64,000 nt of DNA from a virus (Duplodnaviria > Heunggongvirae > Uroviricota > Caudoviricetes): positions 1-64,000 of the IMG/VR virus record IMGVR_UViG_3300012983_000003; one strand, 5' to 3'. The notes below the pieces were generated by a model. That model was not told where the DNA came from. It worked only from the letters and a program-made list of their open reading frames with translations, and did not search any database. Positions 45,082-55,976 of the stretch are shown in pieces. The position numbers were made by a program, and so were the translations under genes. Positions within the stretch are counted from its first letter, which is position 1, and each line of letters opens with the position of its first letter.

Positions 45082-45639
45082 ATGGAGAATAAGGAGCGTT
45101 TCATTTCCCTGTTAACCAGTGTAAAGCGCGACGGTATCGAAGACTTGCTTAAATGGCTTGAAGAAAGTGATTTTTATGAAGCACCTGCAAGTACAAGGTT
45201 CCACGGCAGTTACAAAGGTGGGCTTTTACAACACTCGCTCAATGTCTATGACGAATTAAAGAGACTGTTATCTGTGTACCCCGAAATTCAGGTTTCAGAG
45301 GAAAGTATTATCATCTCTGCTCTGTTACACGATTTATGTAAGGCTAATTTATATGCCATTGAGAAGAAAAATCGTAAGGTAGATGGTAAATGGGAGACTT
45401 ATGACGGATATATCACTAAAGAGAAGTTCTGCTTTGGTGGTCACGGAAGTAAGTCGGTTTTCCTTGCACAGCATTTTATAAAGCTGACGCCCGATGAGGC
45501 AGTTGCGATTAACTCCCATATGAGTTCGTGGGAAGATGGTGCCGCAAGATATGTAGGCAGTGCCTTTGAGCAGTGCCCGTTTGCTTGGGCAATTCACGTG
45601 GCTGATGAAGCCGTAACATACATACAAGAAAAGGAGTAA
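45082..45639 (+). CDS. HD-domain phosphohydrolase
   Basis: RFHGSYKGGLLQHSLNV... ALLHDLCKA HD motif. Confidence 0.65.
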   Translation: MENKERFISLLTSVKRDGIEDLLKWLEESDFYEAPASTRFHGSYKGGLLQHSLNVYDELKRLLSVYPEIQVSEESIIISALLHDLCKANLYAIEKKNRKVDGKWETYDGYITKEKFCFGGHGSKSVFLAQHFIKLTPDEAVAINSHMSSWEDGAARYVGSAFEQCPFAWAIHVADEAVTYIQEKE

Positions 45640-45646
45640 AAGGTCG

Positions 45647-45910
45647 ATGGCTAAGACAAAAGATGTTCTTCAGCAGAAACAAAAGGAACTTGCCGATTGC
45701 CAAAAGCAGTTCGGCGCAGCGATTTCCATTGTGACTTCTACGGTACAGAATTTGACTCACATCAACGAGGAAATTCAGACCAAGGTTCAGGAAATCGAAG
45801 AGTATCAGAGTCAGCTCAATGCAACAAAGACTGGCTTAAAAGACACACAAAAGAAGAATGAGCGTATCATTAAGAACTTTAATGCTTTGCTCGATGTGGG
45901 TGATGAATAA
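45647..45910 (+). CDS. Hypothetical coiled-coil protein
   Basis: ORF with AAGGAG RBS. Confidence 0.4.
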   Translation: MAKTKDVLQQKQKELADCQKQFGAAISIVTSTVQNLTHINEEIQTKVQEIEEYQSQLNATKTGLKDTQKKNERIIKNFNALLDVGDE

Positions 45911-46623
45911 TGGCGAACGAGATGAATATTTATCAGAAGCTCGCCAAAATCCGTAAAAACGCTGAGGTTATCCAAAAGAACAAGGCTGGTTATGGTTATA
46001 AATATGTAACCGATGACGAGCTTCTTGCAAAAATCACAGGTTTTATGGATAAGTACGGTGTGTCTTTAATTCCGAGCGTAACCTCGGGCACTATGAGTGT
46101 GGAACCTTATACATACAAGAAAACAAAGCAGTCCAAAGATAAGGACGGCAACCCCGTTTGGTACGAGGAAAATGTCAATGAAATTATGGTTCACGGCGAT
46201 ATGCAGTACACTTGGGTTAATAACGATAACCCCGAAGAAAGAATTGTGGTTGACTGGCATCTCGTTGGACACCAGAGCGACGGTTCTCAGAGCTTTGGTT
46301 CGGCACTCACTTATTCTATGAGATACTTCTTGCTTAAGTATTTCAGCATTGCAACACCTGATGATGACCCTGATAAGTGGCGTAGTAAGCAGAAAGCAGC
46401 AGAGGCTGCCGAAGATAAGGCTATTGCCCAGCAGTTCATTGAACAGGTTAACTCTCTTGTAACAGAGTATTTGGCAACTAATCCGAAGCAAAAGGAAACT
46501 GTAAAGGAATTCATCTGTCAGTACATTAAGTCTGGAGATTACTTCAAGATTACAGAGCCTAAGCTCGCCGCGAAGTTACTTGAGGATTTCAAAGCAAAAT
46601 TCATTGATGTTAAAGGAGCGTAA
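45910..46623 (+). CDS. ERF-family single-strand annealing recombinase
   Basis: N-terminus MNIYQKLAKIRKNAEVIQKN...YKYVTDDELL is typical of ERF. Confidence 0.7.
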   Translation: MANEMNIYQKLAKIRKNAEVIQKNKAGYGYKYVTDDELLAKITGFMDKYGVSLIPSVTSGTMSVEPYTYKKTKQSKDKDGNPVWYEENVNEIMVHGDMQYTWVNNDNPEERIVVDWHLVGHQSDGSQSFGSALTYSMRYFLLKYFSIATPDDDPDKWRSKQKAAEAAEDKAIAQQFIEQVNSLVTEYLATNPKQKETVKEFICQYIKSGDYFKITEPKLAAKLLEDFKAKFIDVKGA

Positions 46624-46626
46624 GAT

Positions 46627-47004
46627 ATGGGATTTCGCACAGGAGCATACGCAACCGTTTGGGAAGTAAAACCCGTGTTTGATACTAATACCAAGTGTCG
46701 TATTTCTATCAGCCGTAAGAAGAAAGACTCTTCTGAATACGAGGAAGACTTCTCTGGTTATGTAGCGTTTGTCGGTACTGCCGCCGCTAAAAAGGCAGCC
46801 TGCCTCAAAGAAGGCGCTCGTATTAAGCTTGGTGATGTAGATGCTACAACCAAGTATGACAAGGAAAAGAAAACTACATATTACAACTTCAAGTGTTTCT
46901 CCTTTGAAGATGCTAATGCAAGTAATTCTTCTTCCGATACAGCTACCGACGCCACACAGCCTGTCGTAGATGACGGCGAGGTTGACGACAGATTACCGTT
47001 CTAA
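46627..47004 (+). CDS. ssb: Single-stranded DNA-binding protein (OB fold) with acidic C-terminal tail
   Basis: OB-like core and terminal DDGEVDDRLPF. Confidence 0.6.
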   Translation: MGFRTGAYATVWEVKPVFDTNTKCRISISRKKKDSSEYEEDFSGYVAFVGTAAAKKAACLKEGARIKLGDVDATTKYDKEKKTTYYNFKCFSFEDANASNSSSDTATDATQPVVDDGEVDDRLPF

Positions 47005-47019
47005 AGGCGGTAGTCTGTT

Positions 47020-47820
47020 ATGGGAGAAATTAGTTATAAGCCACTTATAGAAGATATGGTGTGGAGTTTCTCTCGTCTTGACTCATACGGTGATTGTCCG
47101 TATCGTTGGTTTTTGAGATATATCAAACGCTATAAAGAGACGGATAAATTCTACGCCAGTTATGGTTCATTTATACACCGTATACTTGAGCGTTACTACA
47201 AAGGTGAACTCACAAAAGACGGTATGTTGTCAGAATTTTTACTTAAGTTTTCTGACGAAGTTAAAGGCATCCGTCCGAAAGAAACTACTGTTCAAAAATA
47301 TATAGAGCAAGGTTCTGAATATCTACGAAACTTCCAACCCCTACCCTTTAAGATGATTTCTGTTGAGAATAAGGTTGAGTTTGAAATAGACGGAATTCCG
47401 TTTATCGGGTTTATAGATTTTCTTGGAGAGGAAGACGGTGAATATATCATTGTCGATAATAAATCCAGAGACTTAAAACCTCGTAGCAAACGAGCCAAGC
47501 CTACGGTTAAAGACCGAGAGCTTGATGAAATGCTCAAGCAGTTATACATCTATTCCGCTGCGGTTTATCAAAAATATGGTAAATATCCAAAAGAATTATG
47601 TTTCAACTGTTTCAGAACAGGAACTCTAATTAGAGAACCGTTTAATATAGAAGCCTATAACAGTGCAATACAATGGGCTAAAGACAGGATTGAGGAAATT
47701 TCAAATGATGCGGATTTCTTGCCTAATCAAGATTTCTTTGCCTGTCGATACATATGTGGAGTCAGTGATGACTGTATATACGATATTGAAGCTTACGAAG
47801 AAAGGGTGTGGAATAGATGA
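47020..47820 (+). CDS. PD-(D/E)xK Cas4/RecB-like exonuclease with C-terminal Cys cluster
   Basis: IDFLGEEDGEYIIVDNKSR nuclease motif; C..C...C..C near C-terminus. Confidence 0.6.
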   Translation: MGEISYKPLIEDMVWSFSRLDSYGDCPYRWFLRYIKRYKETDKFYASYGSFIHRILERYYKGELTKDGMLSEFLLKFSDEVKGIRPKETTVQKYIEQGSEYLRNFQPLPFKMISVENKVEFEIDGIPFIGFIDFLGEEDGEYIIVDNKSRDLKPRSKRAKPTVKDRELDEMLKQLYIYSAAVYQKYGKYPKELCFNCFRTGTLIREPFNIEAYNSAIQWAKDRIEEISNDADFLPNQDFFACRYICGVSDDCIYDIEAYEERVWNR

Positions 47821-49148
47821 TGAGAGCTGACGATATCACAAGCCTTGACAGTGAGTCTGGTATTATTGCTTCGTTAATTCACCACCCAGAATGGACTTTC
47901 TACTCTGAACGCTTATTACCTAATCATTTCACAAAGAAAGATAACAGGTGCGTTTATGTGGCAATTTGTGAGATTGCCAAGAAAGAGATTACTACGGTTG
48001 ACCCGTATAACATCATAGAGGTTCTGAATTCTTCGGAAGCGACACGCAGATACGCAGAAGAGTTATCCGTTGATAAACTCCAAGAACTTATGGATATGAG
48101 CGATACGCTTGTGAGACATTCCGTTGAGGAATATAAGGTCTTGGTAAATAATGTGATGGATGCTGCGTTTAGGCGTGATACTTTCAAGAGATTACAAGAC
48201 TGTCAGGCATTATGTTATAACCGTTCCGAAGCCAATATTGAACAAAAGATTTACAACACGATTGATGATGTAATGACAGAGTTCGCGACAACCGAGGATA
48301 TCCCACAGTATAAAGATGTAATCGATAAATGTTGGGCGGAAATCCAGTCGAGGCAAGGAAATGGATACGCTGGTATTCCATTTAAGTTTCCAACCTTAAA
48401 TGAATTTGCCACAATCGAGCCGGGCGAACTTTTCATCTTCGCCGCCGAAGCAAAACAAGGTAAGTCGATGATGTTACTTAACTGTGCGATTGACTTACTT
48501 AAGCGAGACCTCTCGGTTTTGTATTTGGATAGTGAGTTAAATACAAGATTATTCACTGCTCGTGTTCTTTCTCATATATCTGGTGTTGAGTACAAGCGAT
48601 TAACCGCAGGTACTTACACAGAGGAAGAAGCAAGGCGTATCGCAGAAGCTCGTGAATGGATGAAGACAAGAAAATTCACTCACATTTATATCCCAATGTT
48701 CGACCAACAGAGTATTTACACTGCTGTTAAGAAAGTTAAGCATACACAGGGTTTAGATGTGTTAATCGTGGACTATTTCAAGGGTTCTTCAGACGGCGAC
48801 GCTTTTGATAGTTACCAAGAACTTGGTCGATTTGTAGATTTGGTTAAAAACCAGATTTGTGGTGATATGGGTATTTGCGGAATAGGTGCTGCACAGGCTA
48901 CCATTAACGGTAAAGTTGCAGACTCCGCGAAAATCGGTAGAAACGCAAGTACAATCGCTCTTATTTCTGATAAAACACCAGAGGAAATCGAAGCCGACGG
49001 TGCTGAGTGTGGAAATAAGAAACTGAGGGTTATTTTGAACCGAAACGGTGCACAAATGGCTCAAGGAGAATACATAGACCTTAGTTTTAACGGAAACCTG
49101 ATTTCTTATGAGGAAGCCAAGCAACATATTCCTCAATCTCCGTTTTAA
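47817..49148 (+). CDS. dnaB: DnaB-family replicative helicase
   Basis: DnaB N-domain; Walker A-like GELFIFAAEAKQGKS; RecA-like fold. Confidence 0.7.
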   Translation: MMRADDITSLDSESGIIASLIHHPEWTFYSERLLPNHFTKKDNRCVYVAICEIAKKEITTVDPYNIIEVLNSSEATRRYAEELSVDKLQELMDMSDTLVRHSVEEYKVLVNNVMDAAFRRDTFKRLQDCQALCYNRSEANIEQKIYNTIDDVMTEFATTEDIPQYKDVIDKCWAEIQSRQGNGYAGIPFKFPTLNEFATIEPGELFIFAAEAKQGKSMMLLNCAIDLLKRDLSVLYLDSELNTRLFTARVLSHISGVEYKRLTAGTYTEEEARRIAEAREWMKTRKFTHIYIPMFDQQSIYTAVKKVKHTQGLDVLIVDYFKGSSDGDAFDSYQELGRFVDLVKNQICGDMGICGIGAAQATINGKVADSAKIGRNASTIALISDKTPEEIEADGAECGNKKLRVILNRNGAQMAQGEYIDLSFNGNLISYEEAKQHIPQSPF

Positions 49149-49188
49149 CATATCAAGATAATAATATAATCTGAAAGGAGTTGACGGC

Positions 49189-50172
49189 GTGGAGCTCGAA
49201 GATTTAATCCAGTCTATTGATATAGTCGAATATATCTCTCAATTCGTTGATTTGGAAGAGAAAAATAACGAGTGGTGGGGCTTGAGTTGTTTCAAAGAGG
49301 AAAACACGCCGTCTTTCTCCGTTCGAGAAGACCCACCGGTATTCTACGACTATAGTTCTGGCATCGGTGGTAATGTTTTTACCTTTGTAAAACACTATAA
49401 CAACTGTTCAGCGCGAGAAGCCATTGATATTTTAAAGAAATTCGCTGGTTTTGATGGTGAAATGCAGGCTCCAAGACAGAAAATGTCGGCAACGATGACT
49501 TGTAAGAAGTTTGCGACACCCAAACGACGCCAAAAACAGTCCACCACGACTGTTTTAAGCGAGGATTATATGGAACGATATGAAAATCGCCCAGATAAAC
49601 TTGCTGTTTGGGAACAAGAAGGTATTTCCAAAGCATCTTTGGAGAGATTTCGGGTTTACTACGACGGTTTTTCAGACAGATTGGTTTATCCAATACGAAA
49701 TATCGACGGTGAAATCGTAAATATAGGTGGCAGAACGCTCGACCCTAAATGGAAAGAGAAAAAACTGCGAAAATACACCTATTTTCACCCTTGGGGTAGT
49801 ATGAATATAGTTTATGGACTCTTTGAAAATATGCAGTATATTCTTGACAAGAAAGAAGTGATACTGTTTGAGGGTTGTAAATCAGTTTTATTAGCAGATA
49901 GTTGGGGTATCAAAAACACGGGTGCCTTGCTTACAAGTCATTTATCGCCAAATCAATTAAAAATTCTTGCAAAACTTGGTTGTAGAGTGGTTTTTGCTCT
50001 CGATAAAGATGTGAGGATTAGAGATGACCATAATATCAAAATTCTCAAGAATTACATAGATGTTGATTATCTATGGGATAAAGCAGATTTACTTGATGAC
50101 AAAGATGCTCCTGTAGATAAGGGATTGGAGGTTTTTAAGCAATTATATGCCGAACGATTACGATACAAATAA
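49189..50172 (+). CDS. dnaG: DnaG-like primase (zinc-binding plus TOPRIM), GTG start
   Basis: WWGLSCFKEENTPSFSV zinc region; TOPRIM-like EGCKSVLLADSWG...ALDKD. Confidence 0.6.
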   Translation: MELEDLIQSIDIVEYISQFVDLEEKNNEWWGLSCFKEENTPSFSVREDPPVFYDYSSGIGGNVFTFVKHYNNCSAREAIDILKKFAGFDGEMQAPRQKMSATMTCKKFATPKRRQKQSTTTVLSEDYMERYENRPDKLAVWEQEGISKASLERFRVYYDGFSDRLVYPIRNIDGEIVNIGGRTLDPKWKEKKLRKYTYFHPWGSMNIVYGLFENMQYILDKKEVILFEGCKSVLLADSWGIKNTGALLTSHLSPNQLKILAKLGCRVVFALDKDVRIRDDHNIKILKNYIDVDYLWDKADLLDDKDAPVDKGLEVFKQLYAERLRYK

Positions 50173-50449
50173 TATCACATTAGATGATTTAAAACACGCC
50201 ACTTTGATTTTGGAGTGTGATGACAAATTTGTTTTATTACCGATGAGAAATATTCGGCAAATTACTCGTTCAGTTGATTATGCTGAATATACCTCAAATT
50301 ACAATATCGAATGTGATGGATGGGGTGAAAATATCAAGGTTCTTCAGAAAGGCATTGATATACCTCGGGATGCTCACACGGATTTTGAAAGCTCGGAAGA
50401 GCTCGAAGATTTCTTATCACAGTTTCAAAGGAGTGAATTAAATGCCTGA
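50147..50449 (+). CDS. Hypothetical protein
   Basis: ORF. Confidence 0.4.
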   Translation: MPNDYDTNNITLDDLKHATLILECDDKFVLLPMRNIRQITRSVDYAEYTSNYNIECDGWGENIKVLQKGIDIPRDAHTDFESSEELEDFLSQFQRSELNA

Positions 50450-50990
50450 TAGAGACAGAAATACGGTAACGCAGCGCGTGACACTTGGAGACGGTCAAAT
50501 CAATCTTAATGGCACAGTGCTTGATGTGAATGGTATCACTTTTACACAAGATGGTGTTGAAGTAGCTCGCTTTGATGGCGAACCATTCGTGAGACTTGAC
50601 AACGACGCGGAAATCACAGCCACCGCGACCATAGATGACTTTGGTGAAGCTGAGGCGGCAATGCGTCACCTTATGGATAACACCAGAGCAGCGACAACTG
50701 CCACAACTTATAACCCGTATTTCACACACGAGGATTTACAAAGGTTAATCGACCAAGTTACAGCAACACCCCATACCTACGCTGTTCCGGCACAAGATAT
50801 ACAGTTAGGTGTTGATTTAGCTCGTCATAGAGACGGTCTCGATGCTCGGGCATATATGTTTGATAACGATTGGGTTACATACAACCCATATATCTATTCA
50901 ATAGTCACGGAAGACGAAGAGCCAGAGCTGGATGAGAAAAATGATAAGTTAGATGGCTTCTTGGGAGAGTTTATCAAGGAGGCGGTGTAA
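50442..50990 (+). CDS. Hypothetical protein
   Basis: ORF. Confidence 0.4.
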   Translation: MPDRDRNTVTQRVTLGDGQINLNGTVLDVNGITFTQDGVEVARFDGEPFVRLDNDAEITATATIDDFGEAEAAMRHLMDNTRAATTATTYNPYFTHEDLQRLIDQVTATPHTYAVPAQDIQLGVDLARHRDGLDARAYMFDNDWVTYNPYIYSIVTEDEEPELDEKNDKLDGFLGEFIKEAV

Positions 50991-51032
50991 ATAGGTAGTT
51001 ATGTCTTATATCACTGCCATTCCGACTACAGT

Positions 51033-54000
51033 TTGTTGGATAGTTGCACAAAGTATCAAGATTATGTAGAACTGTCAGTTCAAAATGGGGCTAAAGCCCT
51101 TTCAATCTCTGAACACGGAAAGCCACTGAATTGGACTGAGAAATGGGACGCTTGTAAGAAAGCAGGTCTCAGATATATTCACTCTGTAGAGATTTATCTC
51201 ACAGAAAGTCTTGATGAAAAAGTCCGTGATAACTACCACACTGTATTGATGGCAAGGAATTTAGATGGTATTCGAGAATTAAATGCTTTAGTAAGTAAAT
51301 CGTGTGATGAAGAGCATTTCTATTACACAAACAGAATTTCGTTTGATGAATTCTTGAATATGTCTAACAACATTATTTCAACAAGTGCTTGTCTTGCTTC
51401 TCCGTTAAATAAATTGCCAGACTCCCACCCGAGATATATGGAGTTGGCTCAAAAATATGACTTCCTTGAAGTTCAAGCACATAACCACCCCGAACAAATT
51501 GAGTTCAATAAGCGACTTTTGGCTTTATCCAAGAAGATTGGAACGCCTTTGATTGCGGGTACTGATACTCACAGTTCGACACCATATAAAGCCGAGTGTA
51601 GAGCCGTTTTATTATCGGCAAAACACAAGTCTTATGGTGACGAAGACGCTTTTGACCTTACATACAAAACATACGACGAGTTAGTCGAAATGTTTAGAGT
51701 TCAGGGGGCTTTAAGTGAAGAAGATTATATGTCGGCAATCGACAATACAAATCTTCTTTACGATATGACAGAAGAAATCGAGCTTGATACCTCGATTAAG
51801 TATCCTATCTTGTACGGTTCTCGAGAAGCTGACTCGCAGAAGTTTACAGAAACTGTTGAGAGAAAGTTCAAAGAGAAGCTCGAACAAGGTATTATCCCTG
51901 AGTACCAGAGGGACGCCTTCCGTAAGGCTATTGACGAAGAAATGAGAGTTTATAAGAAGTTGGAAATGGACGGATTTATGCTCTCAATGTCCGAACTCAT
52001 TAGTTGGTGTAAAGAACAAGGAATGGCAATCGGTACAGCCAGAGGTTCTGTTGGTGGTTCAAGAATTGCGTACATAGCAGATATTATTGACCTCAACCCA
52101 GAGACTTGGCACACGGTGTTCTCTCGTTTCTGTAACGAAGATAGACAGGAAATCGGCGATATTGATATTGACTGTGTTGACTCCGACAGACCTGCAATTT
52201 TCAAACACATCACAGGACGATTTGGAAAAGAGAAAACCGCACGAGTTGCTTCGTTTGGAACAATCCAAGACAAAGGCGTAGCCGACGAAGTTGGTAGACA
52301 CTTATCGTTACAGTGGGCAAAGGCACACCCTAACGAGAAGAACAATCCTTGGTCTATCGAAGCAATCAAAAAGATTAAAAAGGAATTCGCGGCAGACCCC
52401 GAGAAGACAAAGGCTAAATATCCTGAAATCTTCTACTACTACGACGGTTTGCTTGACACTAAAATCTCACAGTCTGTTCACCCAGCAGGTATGGTTATCG
52501 CACCTATCACTTTAGCCGATAACTTCGGTACTTTTGATAAAGACGATGATGTCTGCTTGATGTTGGATATGGAGAATGTGCACGACTTTACCGGTCTTGC
52601 AAAGTACGACTTCCTTGTTTTAAAAACTGTGCAAGTAATTAGGGACGCTTGTAGATACCTCAATAAACCTTATCCAAAAACCCACGAAATTGATTGGTTT
52701 GATACAGAGGTTTGGTCAAGTATGATAAGCAACCCTATGGGCGTGTTCCAATTTGAAGGAGCCTTTGCTTTTGACAGTTTAAAGAAGTTCAATCCACAAA
52801 GTATTTTCGATATGTCAATCGTTACTGCGTGTATTCGACCTTCGGGTGCTTCATACAGAGATGTATTGTTAGCACGACAAATACATAAGAACCCGTCTGA
52901 AATTATCGACGAGTTACTTAAAGATAATCTCGGTTATCTGATTTACCAAGAAGATACGATTAAGTTCTTGCAGGAAATCTGCGGTCTGTCCGGTAGTGAA
53001 GCTGATAATATCCGACGAGCAATCGGTCGTAAGCAAAAAGACAGACTTGATAAGGCAATGCCTGATATTTTGAACGGTTACTGTAACAAATCTCCGAAAA
53101 CACGAGCCGAGGCTGAAGAAGAAGCCAAAGAGTTCTTGCAGATTATCGAAGATAGTGCATCATACCAGTTTGGATACAACCACAGTATTGCCTACTGCTT
53201 ACTTGGATATTTATGTGCGTATCTACGCCATTATCATCCGTTACAATTCATCACATCTTTTTTAAACAACGCGGCGAACGATGAAGATATCCGTAATGGC
53301 ACGGCTTATGCGAACCGCATTGGTGTAAAGATTACGATGCCTAAATGGGGATTATCCAAGAGCGAATATTTCTTCGATACTGAACGAAACATCATCGCTA
53401 AAGGACTTACTTCTATCAAATACATTAGCGCAGGATGTGCCGAAGAGTTATACGAACTATCTCACAAGAAGAAATATACGAGATTTATGGATGTACTTTT
53501 GGATATAGAAAAACACACTTCTTTAGACTCTCGACAACTTGATATTCTTATCAAAATAGATTTCTTCTCTGAGTTCGGTAATCAACGCGAACTGTTTAGA
53601 ATAGCAGAGTTATTCGACAAGATGTTTAAGAGTGGCGAGGCTAAGAAAATCAGTAAGGAAAAAGTTGACGGTACACCACTTGAACCAATCATCAAGAAAT
53701 ACTCCGTTGGTGTCACTAAATCTGGTGGCGAAGCTAAGAGTTACACGCTTCTTGATATTGAGTCAATCTTGCGCGAGGTGGAAGATGCGGTTAAAGCCGC
53801 CAATCTCCCCGACCTTAGCCTAATTCTCAAGGTTAAAAACTTTGAAGATGCAATGGGTTATATCGGTTATGTGTCTGGTAATGAGGAAGACCGAAGAAAA
53901 CTGTATGTGTCCGACATTTATGAGTTACATAGGAAAAAGGACGGCAAACAGTTTGGATATTCAATTATCACCAAGTCAATCGGTAGCGGAAAGGATGCTC

Positions 54001-54125
54001 GTTTTACGGTCTTTAACCCAGTATTTAATAAAGAACCTATCCAAAAGGGTGACATTATCTACTGTAAGGCATTTGAACGAGACGGACAATACTTCCGTAT
54101 GACTGCTTATGACAAGGTTTATTAA
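51033..54125 (+). CDS. dnaE: DNA polymerase III alpha subunit (DnaE-type, PHP domain plus polymerase core), TTG start
   Basis: PHP motifs SEHG, AGTDTHS; 1030 aa with pol III alpha palm/fingers pattern. Confidence 0.8.
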   Translation: MLDSCTKYQDYVELSVQNGAKALSISEHGKPLNWTEKWDACKKAGLRYIHSVEIYLTESLDEKVRDNYHTVLMARNLDGIRELNALVSKSCDEEHFYYTNRISFDEFLNMSNNIISTSACLASPLNKLPDSHPRYMELAQKYDFLEVQAHNHPEQIEFNKRLLALSKKIGTPLIAGTDTHSSTPYKAECRAVLLSAKHKSYGDEDAFDLTYKTYDELVEMFRVQGALSEEDYMSAIDNTNLLYDMTEEIELDTSIKYPILYGSREADSQKFTETVERKFKEKLEQGIIPEYQRDAFRKAIDEEMRVYKKLEMDGFMLSMSELISWCKEQGMAIGTARGSVGGSRIAYIADIIDLNPETWHTVFSRFCNEDRQEIGDIDIDCVDSDRPAIFKHITGRFGKEKTARVASFGTIQDKGVADEVGRHLSLQWAKAHPNEKNNPWSIEAIKKIKKEFAADPEKTKAKYPEIFYYYDGLLDTKISQSVHPAGMVIAPITLADNFGTFDKDDDVCLMLDMENVHDFTGLAKYDFLVLKTVQVIRDACRYLNKPYPKTHEIDWFDTEVWSSMISNPMGVFQFEGAFAFDSLKKFNPQSIFDMSIVTACIRPSGASYRDVLLARQIHKNPSEIIDELLKDNLGYLIYQEDTIKFLQEICGLSGSEADNIRRAIGRKQKDRLDKAMPDILNGYCNKSPKTRAEAEEEAKEFLQIIEDSASYQFGYNHSIAYCLLGYLCAYLRHYHPLQFITSFLNNAANDEDIRNGTAYANRIGVKITMPKWGLSKSEYFFDTERNIIAKGLTSIKYISAGCAEELYELSHKKKYTRFMDVLLDIEKHTSLDSRQLDILIKIDFFSEFGNQRELFRIAELFDKMFKSGEAKKISKEKVDGTPLEPIIKKYSVGVTKSGGEAKSYTLLDIESILREVEDAVKAANLPDLSLILKVKNFEDAMGYIGYVSGNEEDRRKLYVSDIYELHRKKDGKQFGYSIITKSIGSGKDARFTVFNPVFNKEPIQKGDIIYCKAFERDGQYFRMTAYDKVY

Positions 54126-54143
54126 GAACAGAGGTGAGAAATT

Positions 54144-54365
54144 TTGCACAAACATAAAATTGAACTCATCACTACGGCTGATATTCGAGAGTTCGTGAAA
54201 ATAGCCGAAAGTGCCGAGGGCGAAGTCAAACTTATTGACGGTAATGGCTTCTGTGTAAACGGTAAAAGTTTACTCGGTGCAATGGCGGCTGTTGAATGGA
54301 ATTCTCTGTACTGTGTAACAGAGAATGATATTTACTCTCAAATTCAAAAATACTGCGTTGAGTGA
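54144..54365 (+). CDS. Hypothetical small protein
   Basis: ORF, AGAGGTGAG RBS. Confidence 0.4.
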   Translation: MHKHKIELITTADIREFVKIAESAEGEVKLIDGNGFCVNGKSLLGAMAAVEWNSLYCVTENDIYSQIQKYCVE

Positions 54366-54372
54366 GGTGTAG

Positions 54373-54957
54373 TTGATGGATTTGCTTAACGAACAGTCTT
54401 TTGCCCAAATGCTTACTCATTGTTATGAGAATGAAGAATATCAGGGCGTTGTAATGCTCGATAACGAGGGTCAAAAAGCTGATTTCATAGAGGAACTATT
54501 GCGTAATCATAACGAGAGTCCAATTACGGGAGTCAGAAGAATTATATCCCGACCACCTCATAATTATATTGAATTTGAGAATGATAGCGAAATCGAAATT
54601 ATAACCCCACGAGACCTACATAGAATGAGAGGTCATCGGTTTAACGAGGCTTTGCTTGATGCGGATGTTCTTGATTTCGACGCAATCGACGCTCTTGGGC
54701 GACTTGTTACCACATATAACGAGGCTATCGCTCAAGAAAGAATACGCAGGCGGAGACGCAGAACATTTGCCGATATGGTTATGGGCAGAGGTTATACTGA
54801 CGAGTCCACTAATGGATTTGATACATACGCTATGGGCAAATGGGGCGCTCCCGAAAATCCCGATACAGAGATTAAAGTAGACAAGAAGAGCAAAGAGGTC
54901 GTTGATGACTTTCTGGACTCGTTTAAGATACATAACTCACTTGAATTCGGTTCATAA
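54373..54957 (+). CDS. Hypothetical protein
   Basis: ORF. Confidence 0.4.
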   Translation: MMDLLNEQSFAQMLTHCYENEEYQGVVMLDNEGQKADFIEELLRNHNESPITGVRRIISRPPHNYIEFENDSEIEIITPRDLHRMRGHRFNEALLDADVLDFDAIDALGRLVTTYNEAIAQERIRRRRRRTFADMVMGRGYTDESTNGFDTYAMGKWGAPENPDTEIKVDKKSKEVVDDFLDSFKIHNSLEFGS

Positions 54958-55011
54958 AAACGAATATAAAACCAGCATTTCATAAACACAAATAAAGGTG
55001 GTGAGTTTGAG

Positions 55012-55209
55012 TTGAAGAATTACATCTGCAACAGGTGTGGTAAGGAATTCGATATTTGGGATAACCAACACCGTTTCCATATCCATAGAGAAATGGGATA
55101 CGGAACCAAGTTCGACGGTGATGAATTAGAACTTGATTTGTGTTGTTCCTGTATGGAAGAAATTATCGACAGTTGTACTATATCTCCAATCAAAGAAAAG
55201 AATACATAA
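55012..55209 (+). CDS. Hypothetical small Cys-rich protein
   Basis: CNRCGK...CCSC. Confidence 0.35.
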   Translation: MKNYICNRCGKEFDIWDNQHRFHIHREMGYGTKFDGDELELDLCCSCMEEIIDSCTISPIKEKNT

Positions 55210-55253
55210 TTTTTAACTAACGAAACAATTAACCAAAGGAGGTGCTTTGAAGA

Positions 55254-55964
55254 ATGAATTTACATCATAAGAGAGCATTTACTGCAATTATCGCTCTCAT
55301 CATTCTATGCACTATTCAAATCACCTGTGTCGCACTTACTCTTACTGCAAGTGGCACAAGTGAGGAAAGTAGTTCCGAAGCCAAAGCGTCGGTTATGAAA
55401 GTTGAACCGGCAACCACTGAAACTACTGATGAAACCAAAACTAACGAGTCTTCCAAAGTGGAGACTTCTGTCGAGGAGAAGACAGTAGCGCCTGAGACGG
55501 TGCCCGCTAAAACAGAGAAGCCTGCCGAGGTCAAGAAAGCTGAAAACAAAGATGTAACTACCGAGCCTGTTACAACAGAAACCACGGAACTCTCAAAGTC
55601 ATCCTACACCGAGGACGATTTGTTTTACTTAGCAGCCGCTGTATGCCGAGAGGCAGGCGGTTCTTCAGAAGAGATACAGTTACTTGTCGCAAATGTAGTA
55701 ATTAACCGAGTTAACTCATCTCGTTACCCTAATACTATATACGGTGTTTTAACACAGCGTATGCAGTATGGCACTATGTGGAAATATGGTATTTCATTTC
55801 CTAAATGGGCAGACCAAAAGGTCAAAGACCAATGCTATAGTGTGGCTCGACGAATATTAGAGGGCGAACGTGTTTGTCCTGCTAATGTAGTTTTCCAAGC
55901 GGAATTCAAGCAAGGTTCTGGTGTCTATAAAGAATTTGATGGCTTTTATTTCTGCTATTGCTAA
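55254..55964 (+). CDS. SleB/CwlJ-family cell-wall hydrolase with N-terminal signal anchor and T/E-rich linker
   Basis: DLFYLAAAVCREAGGSS...VANVVINRV...YGVLTQRMQYG is the Hydrolase_2 signature. Confidence 0.7.
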   Translation: MNLHHKRAFTAIIALIILCTIQITCVALTLTASGTSEESSSEAKASVMKVEPATTETTDETKTNESSKVETSVEEKTVAPETVPAKTEKPAEVKKAENKDVTTEPVTTETTELSKSSYTEDDLFYLAAAVCREAGGSSEEIQLLVANVVINRVNSSRYPNTIYGVLTQRMQYGTMWKYGISFPKWADQKVKDQCYSVARRILEGERVCPANVVFQAEFKQGSGVYKEFDGFYFCYC

Positions 55965-55976
55965 TTAGATAAACGG

